Positions 24,227 to 33,376 of a stretch of DNA of 64,000 bases are shown in pieces (the first letter of the stretch is position 1; every line of letters starts with the position of its first letter). Position numbers and translations under genes: made by a program. The notes under the pieces were generated by a model. The model saw nothing but the letters and a program-made list of their open reading frames with translations. It was not told the origin of the DNA and ran no database searches. Origin of the DNA: an uncultured Gammaproteobacteria bacterium (lineage in GTDB: Bacteria > Pseudomonadota > Gammaproteobacteria > UBA9214); assembly GCA_963803275.1 (NCBI GenBank), contig CAWDLS010000001.1, positions 17,487 through 81,486 of the forward strand, written 5' to 3'.

Positions 24227-24990
24227 TTGCGGGCGACGTGGCAGACGTTCCAGGTGCCGGTTCCGGGCCTGTTTCCGCTCAGCCATTCCTCGGTGGTCTC
24301 CAGGGAGAGTCCGCACTGCTGCAGGAAATAATCGACTTCAGGCGAAAACAGGTAGCGCATCCTGTGCAATTCATGAAACCGTTCCCGTGCACCCGATGCC
24401 TTTTCGCGCACCGTCACGTTGAAATGCACATCGACAATGTCACTGTCAGGCCAGAGTTCAGGTGTTGTTTCCCTGACGATCTCAAGCGCCTCGTTCTCGG
24501 CGGACTTCATCCTGTGTTCCGGTTGCTCGGTCAGCACCGCCGGACCGTACCAGCAATCGAAGATGAAGAGACCGCCGGTCTCAAGGTGGGCTGCGGCATT
24601 ACGGAATGTCGAGATGATGTCGCCATTGGTGGTCTGGTAGCAGACGACATGAAACAGCGCCATGACCACATCGAAGCTACGGTCTGCCCGGTAGTCGCGG
24701 ATATCGCCCTGGTTGAAGGACACTGCAGCGGCCGTGCCGGCGTCACTGTCATGCTGTCTTTCCCGCGCGATGTGTACCATGTCTGCACTCAAATCGACGC
24801 AGTGCAGGGAATATCCTTTTTGCGCAAGCAGCAGGGCATGCCTTCCCGTGCCGGACCCGAGCTCCAGGATGTGGCGCGAACCGGGTCCGTACCGGTGCAC
24901 CAGACTGTCAATATATTCCGCTTCCGCAGTGTAATCCTTGTCCCTGTACAGCAGGTCGTAGTAGCCGGCGTATTTCCTGAAATTGCTCAT
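24220..24990 (-). CDS. Class I SAM methyltransferase, resembling amino-sugar N-methyltransferases
   Basis: YAGYYDLLYRDKDYTAEAEY, LELGSGTGRH, GDIRDY, GGLFIFD. Confidence 0.82.
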   Translation of the reverse strand: MSNFRKYAGYYDLLYRDKDYTAEAEYIDSLVHRYGPGSRHILELGSGTGRHALLLAQKGYSLHCVDLSADMVHIARERQHDSDAGTAAAVSFNQGDIRDYRADRSFDVVMALFHVVCYQTTNGDIISTFRNAAAHLETGGLFIFDCWYGPAVLTEQPEHRMKSAENEALEIVRETTPELWPDSDIVDVHFNVTVREKASGARERFHELHRMRYLFSPEVDYFLQQCGLSLETTEEWLSGNRPGTGTWNVCHVARKC

Positions 24991-26105
24991 GCAAACAGTT
25001 TCACCACGGTATCCGCCACCCGGTCGACCTGCTCGTCGGTCATGGCCAGTCCGCTCGGTATGTAGAATCCACGCACGGCGATGCGCTCCGCAACCGGACA
25101 GCTGATGCCGTCGAACAGCCCCATCTTCCTGAACACCGGCTGCCGGTGCATCGGGTAGAAAAACGGCCGGGTCCCGATGCCGACCCTGCCCAGTTCCTGC
25201 ATCGCATCCCGTGCCGTCATCGCCAGGCCGTCATCGAGAACCAGCCCGTAGACCCAGTACATGTTATCCGCATAGCCCGTGCTCGCGCGGGGCAGGGTCA
25301 GGACATCAATACCGCCCAGCCGTTCATTGTAGCGATGGCCGATCTCGATCTTCCTGGCCAGGTGTGCATCCAGCCGGTGCAGTTGCCCCACGCCGAGCGC
25401 AGCCTGCAGGTTGGTCATGCGCATGTTCCAGCCCATCTCCTCGTGCACGAACCTGGCTTCGGGCATGAAACAGAGGTTGCGCAGACCGCGGCAGCGCTCG
25501 GCCAGCGCCGGCGAATCCGTCACGATCATGCCGCCTTCACCGGTTGTCACCAGCTTGTTGGGATAGAAACTGAACACGCTGATATCGCCGAAGCTGCCGC
25601 ATGGCCGGCACCGGCAGGTCTGGCCGATCGCCTCCGCGGCATCCTCGATGACCAGCAAACCGTGCCTGCGTGCCAGTTCCATGAGCGCATCCATATCGAC
25701 AGACAGTCCGTAGATATGCACCGCCATGATGGCGCGGGTACGGGGTGTGATCAGTGCCTCGATAGCGGCAACATCCATGTTCCAGGTATCGGGGTCAGCA
25801 TCGACCACCACGGGGATGGCCCCTGCCCTGACAATTGCCGTTGCACAGGAGATGATGGTAAACGCCGGCATAATGATCTCATCACCCGCCCCGAGACCGA
25901 GCGCCACGACAGCGGCCTCGAGGGCCATGGAGCCATTGGCGACGGCGATACCGTATTGCCTGCCGACCCGTTTGGAAAATTCGGTCTCGAACTGCCCGAC
26001 ATACGGCCCTTCCGACGATATCCAGCCAGTCTCCAGGCAATCGGCGATGTAGTCCTTCTCTTCCTGACCAATCAGTGGCTCGTTGACCGGGATGAAGTCA
26101 TTCAT
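24987..26105 (-). CDS. DegT/DnrJ/EryC1/StrS sugar aminotransferase (perosamine synthase-like)
   Basis: GWISSEGPYV, IEDAAEA, FSFYPNKLVTTGEGG (PLP lysine), GIGTRPFF. Confidence 0.92.
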   Translation of the reverse strand: MNDFIPVNEPLIGQEEKDYIADCLETGWISSEGPYVGQFETEFSKRVGRQYGIAVANGSMALEAAVVALGLGAGDEIIMPAFTIISCATAIVRAGAIPVVVDADPDTWNMDVAAIEALITPRTRAIMAVHIYGLSVDMDALMELARRHGLLVIEDAAEAIGQTCRCRPCGSFGDISVFSFYPNKLVTTGEGGMIVTDSPALAERCRGLRNLCFMPEARFVHEEMGWNMRMTNLQAALGVGQLHRLDAHLARKIEIGHRYNERLGGIDVLTLPRASTGYADNMYWVYGLVLDDGLAMTARDAMQELGRVGIGTRPFFYPMHRQPVFRKMGLFDGISCPVAERIAVRGFYIPSGLAMTDEQVDRVADTVVKLFA

Positions 26106-26548
26106 AACGGATTCTTGATAGTGATGCCTTCCTGCGCGACGGGATCGAAGCGGGTCTTGTCCCTGTCATCCGTATAGGGGCCCTGTTTCACCTCGACCAT
26201 CCTCAGATCCTCGATGACCTCGAACCCGTGCCCGCCCGATACCAGCAGTATCACATCTCCCGCGCCGAGCAGGCGACTCTCGAGATACACCCTGTTGTCG
26301 TCGTAAAAATCCACGCGCAACCTGCCGCTCTTGATGAACAGTGCTTCCTGCGTGTAGAACACCTCCCTTGGTACCGGGTTGTGAACGTGTGCATCGATGA
26401 CCTTGCCCTTGTGGTGGGTCATGTGGGCAACCTGCTGCGAAAGCTCGCTGGGCGTGAAGAAGTTGACCCCGGGCGCGTTATACGAGTCATAAATGATGAC
26501 GGCCAGCAACTTGCCGTTACATAATATTTTCTCGAATCCCTCACTCAT
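26102..26548 (-). CDS. Cupin-fold protein (sugar isomerase-like)
   Basis: AHVHN...TQEALF...GGHGFEV...EVKQGPY cupin motifs. Confidence 0.78.
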   Translation of the reverse strand: MSEGFEKILCNGKLLAVIIYDSYNAPGVNFFTPSELSQQVAHMTHHKGKVIDAHVHNPVPREVFYTQEALFIKSGRLRVDFYDDNRVYLESRLLGAGDVILLVSGGHGFEVIEDLRMVEVKQGPYTDDRDKTRFDPVAQEGITIKNPL

Positions 26549-27512
26549 GATGTCATCCTCGAATACAGCCTGCGTACGATTAACTCGATCCTCGATGCGG
26601 CAAGCAGCCGCGTCAACTGGTCTGCAATGAATACTAATATCAATGAGATGGCATTACCATGAGCGCTCTCCTCGAAGTAGCCGAACATCATTGCATGCCT
26701 GCACACATAGCGCTGTATCAGCCGGTCTTCGCCGGACCAAGCTTGCGACGCCACTTGTAGAGTGACTCCCTGCGGACACCCGGGGCAAGATTGCCTTTCT
26801 GCCAGGGGCAACTGGTGCCGGAAACGATTCCGGCTGCCGAGTGATGGAAGGACTCGAGCATCCCCTCTTCGAAGGCAATGTCGAGAAATTCACAGATTGC
26901 GGCCACCGTTTCCCGGGATTGCTCCACAAGTGCTTCATAGTGCAGGTGCAAGACCTGCTCCTGGCGCGGGAATTCCAGAACCGCCCCGACACACGTGTCC
27001 CAGAGGTTCGCAAAATCATGCAGTGAGCTGATGTACCTGATCCGGAAATCATCAGGCGCGATTGGCCTGATAGCTGACATGGAGCCGACACACGCCACCG
27101 GGTCCCTGATCACGTTGATTATCCTGGCCTGCGGATAAAAACGTGTGATTGCCGGCAGATGCCTGGCATGCAGCGTGGTCTTCTCTACCCAGCGTGGTTT
27201 GTTGTCGTTGTTGAACGTGCCGAGCAGGCTTTCGAACAAAGACCTGATATCCATTTCAGTATTTTGTTCAAGGAAGGCGGCCGGTAGCTCGATTCCGGTC
27301 ATTTCCAGGAGATCCGCGGCAACCGTCTCCAGGCAGTGCCTGTCGATCCTGGCGCCGGGATCGCTGTACTCGATGCCGAGGCGGGGAATGATCCTGGAGA
27401 AAAAGGATGTCTCGGGCGCACTGAATATCTCACTGTGCGAGGCAAGCATACTCTGCAACAGCGTGGTACCGCTGCGTGGACAACCGACGATGAATATACC
27501 GCTGTTTTTCAT
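26545..27512 (-). CDS. PAPS-dependent sulfotransferase (frameshift near 26722)
   Basis: IFIVGCPRSGTTLL, WVEKT, RDPVACVGSM, HYEALV; the C-terminus continues in another frame to an ATGA overlap with the cupin. Confidence 0.88.
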
Positions 27513-28882
27513 GCGTCAGGAAAAGCGACCCTGAAGTTCATGAACGTGTTAATCCCGGTGCGTTTCCTTGCGAAATACATCATCAGGAAGTTCTGGACTA
27601 TCATCGCGCCGGAGAACACCGCGGCAACACCCAAAATTCCTACGTGAATAGCGGCATATATCGAGGTAACTATAGCAAGCGCACTGGTTATGACACTGAT
27701 TACCATCATTGTGCGCTGATAACCGGTCATGAGCAGCACCATTCCGCAGGGACCGGAAATCACGTTGAACAGCTGGCCCGCACCCAGCACGACGAGAACC
27801 AGGTAACCATTGCTGTAGAATGGGCCGTACAGCAGCTCCAGCAGGGGTTCACCGGCAAGGTAAAAGACCACCAGGACCAGCGCCGAAGGGATGGCTGCCA
27901 GCGTGGTGCCGGTTCTCAGCGTCCGCTCCAGCCGGGCATGCTCCTGCCTGGAATACAGATCGGCGATGAAGGGGGAGACGACGGAATTCAGGATCATCAG
28001 GGAGATCGAGATCGCCAGTATGAGGCGCGTGGCCGCGCCGTACACCGCCACGTCGTCAACAGTCAGGAAACTGCCGATAATCCAGATATCCGCCTGTGTC
28101 AGCAGCAGCAGGGTGATATTGGTCGACCACATCGGCCAGGCAACCGAGATAAGTCCGGACAGATCCATGCGACCGTTCCCGTGCGATGGCAACATTTTAT
28201 TCCTGAGGCGAACAGCGCCCAGCACGGTACTCAGCGCAATCGACCCCGCCAGCAGACCCAGCACCGTTTCGATGCGGCTGGTCCCGGCCAGGCCCCAGAG
28301 AATGAACATGAAGGCAACCGACAGGAGACCGGGCAGCGTCACACCGTAGAGCGTCGCTGCACGCACGTCGTGATAACCACGCAGGCACTCGGCAGTGATG
28401 CCGAGCATCGTCTGTGAAGAGAACCACAGAGCCAGCACCAGCAGCACGTACCTGTCCAGTGACAGGCTGGCGAATATCTCCGGCGGTCTGATAAAAGCAT
28501 AGAACACGCCCAGGCAGGACAGAATCACAACCGCCTTGCCGACGAGCTGCAATGCCAGCATGGCTACGGATGCCGCCTGCTCGCGTCTGTTGTTGCTGAG
28601 CGACTCGGCAATCAGGCGCACCACCGCGATATTCATGCCAAGCTGGGAAACCAGCGACAGGATCGAAACCAGGCTGAAGCAGAGAAAGTAGAAACCCACC
28701 TCGGCGGCGTTCAGCAGGCGCGTGATGAACGCAATCACCAGCAAACCCGACAGCATCGATACAACCCGGCCGGTCAATACCCAGACCACGTCGACAATCA
28801 GCTTGTTACCGGCTAAGTGGCATAATCGGCCGATTGTATACATCACCATGCCGACAAACCAATAGCGGGTGATGTATGACAC
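27509..28882 (-). CDS. Wzx-type oligosaccharide flippase (start uncertain)
   Basis: About 12-14 TM segments; RLLNAAEVGFY, TQADIWIIG, VAVYGAATRL, LLMTGYQR. Confidence 0.87.
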   Translation of the reverse strand: MSYITRYWFVGMVMYTIGRLCHLAGNKLIVDVVWVLTGRVVSMLSGLLVIAFITRLLNAAEVGFYFLCFSLVSILSLVSQLGMNIAVVRLIAESLSNNRREQAASVAMLALQLVGKAVVILSCLGVFYAFIRPPEIFASLSLDRYVLLVLALWFSSQTMLGITAECLRGYHDVRAATLYGVTLPGLLSVAFMFILWGLAGTSRIETVLGLLAGSIALSTVLGAVRLRNKMLPSHGNGRMDLSGLISVAWPMWSTNITLLLLTQADIWIIGSFLTVDDVAVYGAATRLILAISISLMILNSVVSPFIADLYSRQEHARLERTLRTGTTLAAIPSALVLVVFYLAGEPLLELLYGPFYSNGYLVLVVLGAGQLFNVISGPCGMVLLMTGYQRTMMVISVITSALAIVTSIYAAIHVGILGVAAVFSGAMIVQNFLMMYFARKRTGINTFMNFRVAFPDA

Positions 28883-28987
28883 ATGCCTATCGAGTCAGCC
28901 GGCCGGCAGCCGGACTTGCCGGCATGCATTTGGCAACCGGCGCACTTGTGGACATCATACTGTTGTTTCGGTAAAAGTATCGACGCA

Positions 28988-30121
28988 ATGCGCATACTGG
29001 CCATCTCCAAGCGACAGTACATGAGCAAGGACCTGCTCGATGACCGGTATGGCCGTTTCCGGGAAATCCCGCTCGCGCTGGCGCGCCGCGGACACGAGGT
29101 CCGTGGTCTGTGCATCAGCTACCGGCCACGCATGAATATGCAGGCTGTCGATACGGACCTCCGCTCCGGCGCATCGGTCAGCTGGGATTCGGTCAACCTC
29201 GGCAAACTGCTGGCACCGGGCCTGGTCCGGTTCCTGCGAAAAGGCCGGCAACTCGTGCGTGACTTCAGGCCAGACATCATCTGGGCCGGTTCGGACAGCT
29301 TCTATGGTCCTATCGCCCTCTACCTCGGCAAACATTCTGGCAGCCGGGTGGTGTTCGACATCTACGACCACTTCGAGACCTTCGCCTCGACAAAAATCCC
29401 CGGCCTGTTTGCCTTGTATCGCCGGGCATGCCGGGATGCGGACGGCGTCACCAGTTTCAGCGAGGTCATGAGTCGGCATATCGTACAGCAGTATGGACGC
29501 CATGGTCCGTTGCTGACCCTCGTGAATGGCACCGACAGGGATGTATTCCGCCCGCTCGACAAATTCCGCTGTCGCGGCAGATTTGACCTGCCGGAAAGCG
29601 GCCAGCTGCTGGGCATCGCCGGCGCGATCTCGCAGCACCGTGGCATCAAGACCGTGTTCCGCGCGTTTGAAACGCTGGCCGGGACCGATCCCGATATCCA
29701 CCTGGTCATCGCCGGCCCGCGCGACCGGGATCTCGCCATTCCGGCTCATGCCCGCCTGCACGACCTCGGTATGCTGGATCATGCGGATGTCCCCTGCATG
29801 CTGAATGCGCTTGATATCGGCATTGTCCCGCAGCGCGACAGCCCGGCCGGGCGCTTCGGATTCCCCTACAAGGCCTACGAAATGATGGCCTGCGGCCTGC
29901 CCCTGGTCGCGGCCAGGGTCGGCGTCATGAGCGGCCTGCTCGATGACTGTCCCGGGTGTCTGTACGAGCCGGACAACAGCACAGACCTCTGCCGTGCCAT
30001 ACGCTGCCAGCTGGACGCACCCCGTACCACGACAAAGGTTGTCCCCGACTGGGACGATATAGCCGGGGTGTTTGAAGGATTTTTACTGGATCTGGCCAAC
30101 CCGGACTCCCGAACAGGATGA
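28988..30121 (+). CDS. GT4 glycosyltransferase
   Basis: MRILAIS, VVFDIYD, VNGTDRDVF, FPYKAYEMMACGLPLVA. Confidence 0.87.
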   Translation: MRILAISKRQYMSKDLLDDRYGRFREIPLALARRGHEVRGLCISYRPRMNMQAVDTDLRSGASVSWDSVNLGKLLAPGLVRFLRKGRQLVRDFRPDIIWAGSDSFYGPIALYLGKHSGSRVVFDIYDHFETFASTKIPGLFALYRRACRDADGVTSFSEVMSRHIVQQYGRHGPLLTLVNGTDRDVFRPLDKFRCRGRFDLPESGQLLGIAGAISQHRGIKTVFRAFETLAGTDPDIHLVIAGPRDRDLAIPAHARLHDLGMLDHADVPCMLNALDIGIVPQRDSPAGRFGFPYKAYEMMACGLPLVAARVGVMSGLLDDCPGCLYEPDNSTDLCRAIRCQLDAPRTTTKVVPDWDDIAGVFEGFLLDLANPDSRTG

Positions 30122-31005
30122 GCCGGCAGCTTTTTATCATCATTCCGGTGCTCAACCGCTGGGAGCAAACACGCCACTGCCTGAAGCGGCTGATGGCCGG
30201 CAGCGACACCGGTTTCAGCGTGATCGTCGTCGATCACGGCTCGACCGATGACACATGCGACGGTCTGCGCGATGAATTTCCCGGCGTCCTGCGCATTGCC
30301 GGCAACACCGACATGTGGTGGACCGCCGCCACCAACCTGGGCATACGCGAGGCCCTGCAGCGCGGCGCCACCGATATCATGCTCCTCAACAACGACTGCT
30401 ACCTCGAGCGTGACACCATCGCCTGCCTGAAACGGCACCAGGCCAGTGCCGGCGAGGCCGTGATCGCGCCGCTCCAGCGCAGCCTGCAGACCGGCAGGAT
30501 ACTCACCCGCCGCATGACAACCTGCTTTCTGCTGGGATTCCCCACCCTGGTGCTGCCGGGCAGGGACATGTACCGGCCGGAGGAACACTGCCTGCTGCCC
30601 ACGCCCCTGATCATCGGCGGCCGCGGTGTCCTGATACCCGCCGGTGTGTTCGAAAAGACCGGGCTGCTGAACGAAGTGGACCTGCCCCATTACGGGGCCG
30701 ACCACGACTTTTTCCTGCGCTGCAGAAAACGTGGCATACCGCTGTTCATCACTAGCGACGCCGTCGTGGATATCGATGCCACGACAACAACGCTCGCCAC
30801 ACGAACCGGGCAGATGCCGTTCGGGCGGTTCCTGTCAACACTCAGGGAGCGCCGCTCGCACCGTAATCTGCCGGAGCTTGCCGCGCTGTTCAGGTTGCAC
30901 TACCCGATTCCGGGGCTCTACCCGCTCGGTGTGGCACTGAACCTCGTGCGCTACACACTGGTGTATGCGGCTGCCCGGCTCATTCATGCTGGTGGACTGA
31001 AGTGA
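30118..31005 (+). CDS. GT2 glycosyltransferase (rhamnosyltransferase-like subgroup)
   Basis: IIIPVLNR, VVDHGSTD, WWTAATNLG, LLNNDC, HYGADHDF. Confidence 0.87.
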   Translation: MSRQLFIIIPVLNRWEQTRHCLKRLMAGSDTGFSVIVVDHGSTDDTCDGLRDEFPGVLRIAGNTDMWWTAATNLGIREALQRGATDIMLLNNDCYLERDTIACLKRHQASAGEAVIAPLQRSLQTGRILTRRMTTCFLLGFPTLVLPGRDMYRPEEHCLLPTPLIIGGRGVLIPAGVFEKTGLLNEVDLPHYGADHDFFLRCRKRGIPLFITSDAVVDIDATTTTLATRTGQMPFGRFLSTLRERRSHRNLPELAALFRLHYPIPGLYPLGVALNLVRYTLVYAAARLIHAGGLK

Positions 31006-31196
31006 GCATCCGGCGTGCATTGCCGGTAAACTTCGCGCAGGATCCTGCCTACGGCATTCGGCCCGCCGCTTCCGGGATTGATCGGCTTGCGGAGGCATCT
31101 TACCATCCCCGCGTGACACTTCCGGCAGGGCATTCCCGGGAATTTGCCCTGATGCACAGACCAGCTCACCCGTTGCAGGGAGATCGACACCCTTGA
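31002..31196 (+). CDS. Possible 64-aa hypothetical protein
   Basis: GTGA overlap with the upstream GT2 stop and TTGA overlap with the downstream methyltransferase start; no recognisable motif. Confidence 0.3.
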   Translation: MSIRRALPVNFAQDPAYGIRPAASGIDRLAEASYHPRVTLPAGHSREFALMHRPAHPLQGDRHP

Positions 31197-31942
31197 GCAG
31201 AGGATATCAATATGGTTTCTCGGCAGGCAGTCCCTACGTATACGATACAGAGAACCGGGAGAGAAAGGCGCGCACCATGACCGCAGTCCTGGAGGACTTC
31301 CTCCCTGCACCGCTTGACAGCTATGACTTGCTGAACGTGGGTGGTTCTGCCGGCATCATCGACAATTATCTTGCGCAACACTTCCGCAGCGTCACCGGTA
31401 TCGACATCGACAAACCCGCCATAGAGCATGCACAGCAGAATTTCACACGCGACAATCTGGAGTTCAGGGTCGCCGATGCGCTCAGTCTCCCGTTCGGTGA
31501 CGAGTCCTTCGACGTCGTGATCTGTTCGCATGTCTACGAGCATGTCCCGGACCCGGAACGTATGTTCGACGAGATATTCCGTGTGCTGCGCAAGGGTGGA
31601 ATCTGCTATTTCTCGGCAGGCAACCGGCTGATGTGGAACGAGCCCCACTACAACCTGCCGTTGCTGTCAGTACTGCCACGGCCGCTGGCGCATGTCTATA
31701 TCAGGCTCGCCGGCAAGGCGCGCTTCTATCACGAAAAACACCTGAGCTACTGGGGTCTGAAGTCACTGGTGCGCAGGTTCACCGTGAATGACTACACAAA
31801 ACGGCTCGTCGTGGAGCCGAAACGGTTTCACACCGAGTACATGATAAGGCCCGGTAGCGCCAGGGCGAGGATCGCGGGCGCACTGCTCGGGCTCGCATAC
31901 TGGGCCTTCCCCGGCTATATCTGGTTACTGCAAAAGCAGTAG
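31193..31942 (+). CDS. Class I SAM methyltransferase
   Basis: LLNVGGSAG, GIDID, ADALSLPFGDESFDVVICSHVYEHVPD, RVLRKGG. Confidence 0.88.
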   Translation: MSRGYQYGFSAGSPYVYDTENRERKARTMTAVLEDFLPAPLDSYDLLNVGGSAGIIDNYLAQHFRSVTGIDIDKPAIEHAQQNFTRDNLEFRVADALSLPFGDESFDVVICSHVYEHVPDPERMFDEIFRVLRKGGICYFSAGNRLMWNEPHYNLPLLSVLPRPLAHVYIRLAGKARFYHEKHLSYWGLKSLVRRFTVNDYTKRLVVEPKRFHTEYMIRPGSARARIAGALLGLAYWAFPGYIWLLQKQ

Positions 31943-31973
31943 TCACCCCGCAGGGGGCGACAACCCGCAACAG

Positions 31974-33067
31974 ATGAACCTGCTCTTCATTTCAAGATCC
32001 TTCCCCCCGTTACCGGGGGTATCGAAAAACAGAATGCAGAAATTGCCCGGGCACTGACATGCATCTGCAACGTCCGGCTCATCGCAAATCGCAGGGGGAA
32101 ATACCTGCTGCCGCTGTTCCTCCCCTATGCAACGCTGAAGGCACTGCTGATCCTGCGGCGGCAGGACGCCATCTTGCTAGGCGACGGCGTGCTGGGAATC
32201 ACCGGTTTCATCCTCAAGCTGTTCACCAGCAAACCCGTGGTCTGCATCACCCACGGTCTCGACCTGACCTATTCGAGTCGCATCTACCAGCGGCTCTGGG
32301 TACGGATATTCCTGCCGCACATGGACAGGTTGATTGCAGTCGGGAATGCGACGCTGGCACAGGGCGTTCGGCGTGGCATACCGGCGGCACGCTTCGTATT
32401 CATTCCAAACGGTGTCACCGCCCCGGCCCCGCCACGGCGCGACTATTCCAGGGCAGATCTGGCGGCCTTTATCGGTAAAACACCGGGCCGTACGGTACTC
32501 CTGACCCTCGGAAGACTGGTACGGAGAAAGGGAGTAACATGGTTCCTCGAGAATGTCGTTCCATGCCTGGACAACGACATTACCTATATCATCGCCGGCG
32601 CGGGACCCGAACACGCGCGCATCACCGCCGCAATCAGCACTCGAGGGCTGGAAGACCGCGTTGTCCTGGTCGGCAGGGTAACAGAAGCGGAAAAGGAACT
32701 GCTGTTCCATACCGCCGATATCTTCGTCCAGCCCAATATACCGGTCAGCGGTGATATCGAGGGTTTCGGCCTGGTCGTCCTGGAAGCGGCTGCACACGGC
32801 ATGGTGGTGATCGCCTCGGACCTGGAGGGTCTCGGTGATGCGATCAGCGACGGGGCAAACGGCTACCTCGTCAGTCCCGGGAATAGCCGGGCATACTGCA
32901 CCCGGATCGCGGTACTGACGGCTGACCGAGACGGCATGAAGACGTTCGGACAACATGCCAGGGACCACACCATCAGCCACAATGCCTGGTCGCTGATTGC
33001 GCAACGTTACCTCGAGGTCATCAACCAGGCAGGCGACTCGCAAGGCAACTCGGCGAAAACGGGCTAG
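31974..33067 (+). CDS. GT4 glycosyltransferase (one-base frameshift in the C6 run at 32003-32008)
   Basis: MNLLFISRSFPP then, in a shifted frame, VTGGIEKQN; THGLD, IPNGV, LGRLVRRKG, EGFGLVVLEAAAHG. Confidence 0.87.
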
Positions 33068-33376
33068 AGTGACTCGGGCGACGTTATGCTGGCGGCCTTG
33101 GCAGTCTTACGGGCTGTAGGCTAAGCTACCGAATACAAAGGTTAAAGTATCAACAAAATAGGACGAAACAATAGTGACGGGACTGTCAGACCTGATAGTT
33201 AACAGTGACTGGAAAGCGCTTGCCGGGTATGGTGTAATATCGCCCAAGCAACTGTTTATTAATGTAATTTTTTATTACTTTATCGATGCGGCCTGCGCAC
33301 AAACATACCGCTGACAACTGAAAACCGGACCCTGGTCACAGTGAAAATCGCCCAATACCACATCATAACCTGACCC

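Noticed and set aside
33068-33376. AT-rich gap before pilB as an sRNA or island attachment site
   Set aside because: No convincing structure, direct repeat or tRNA end seen; consistent with an ordinary promoter region.
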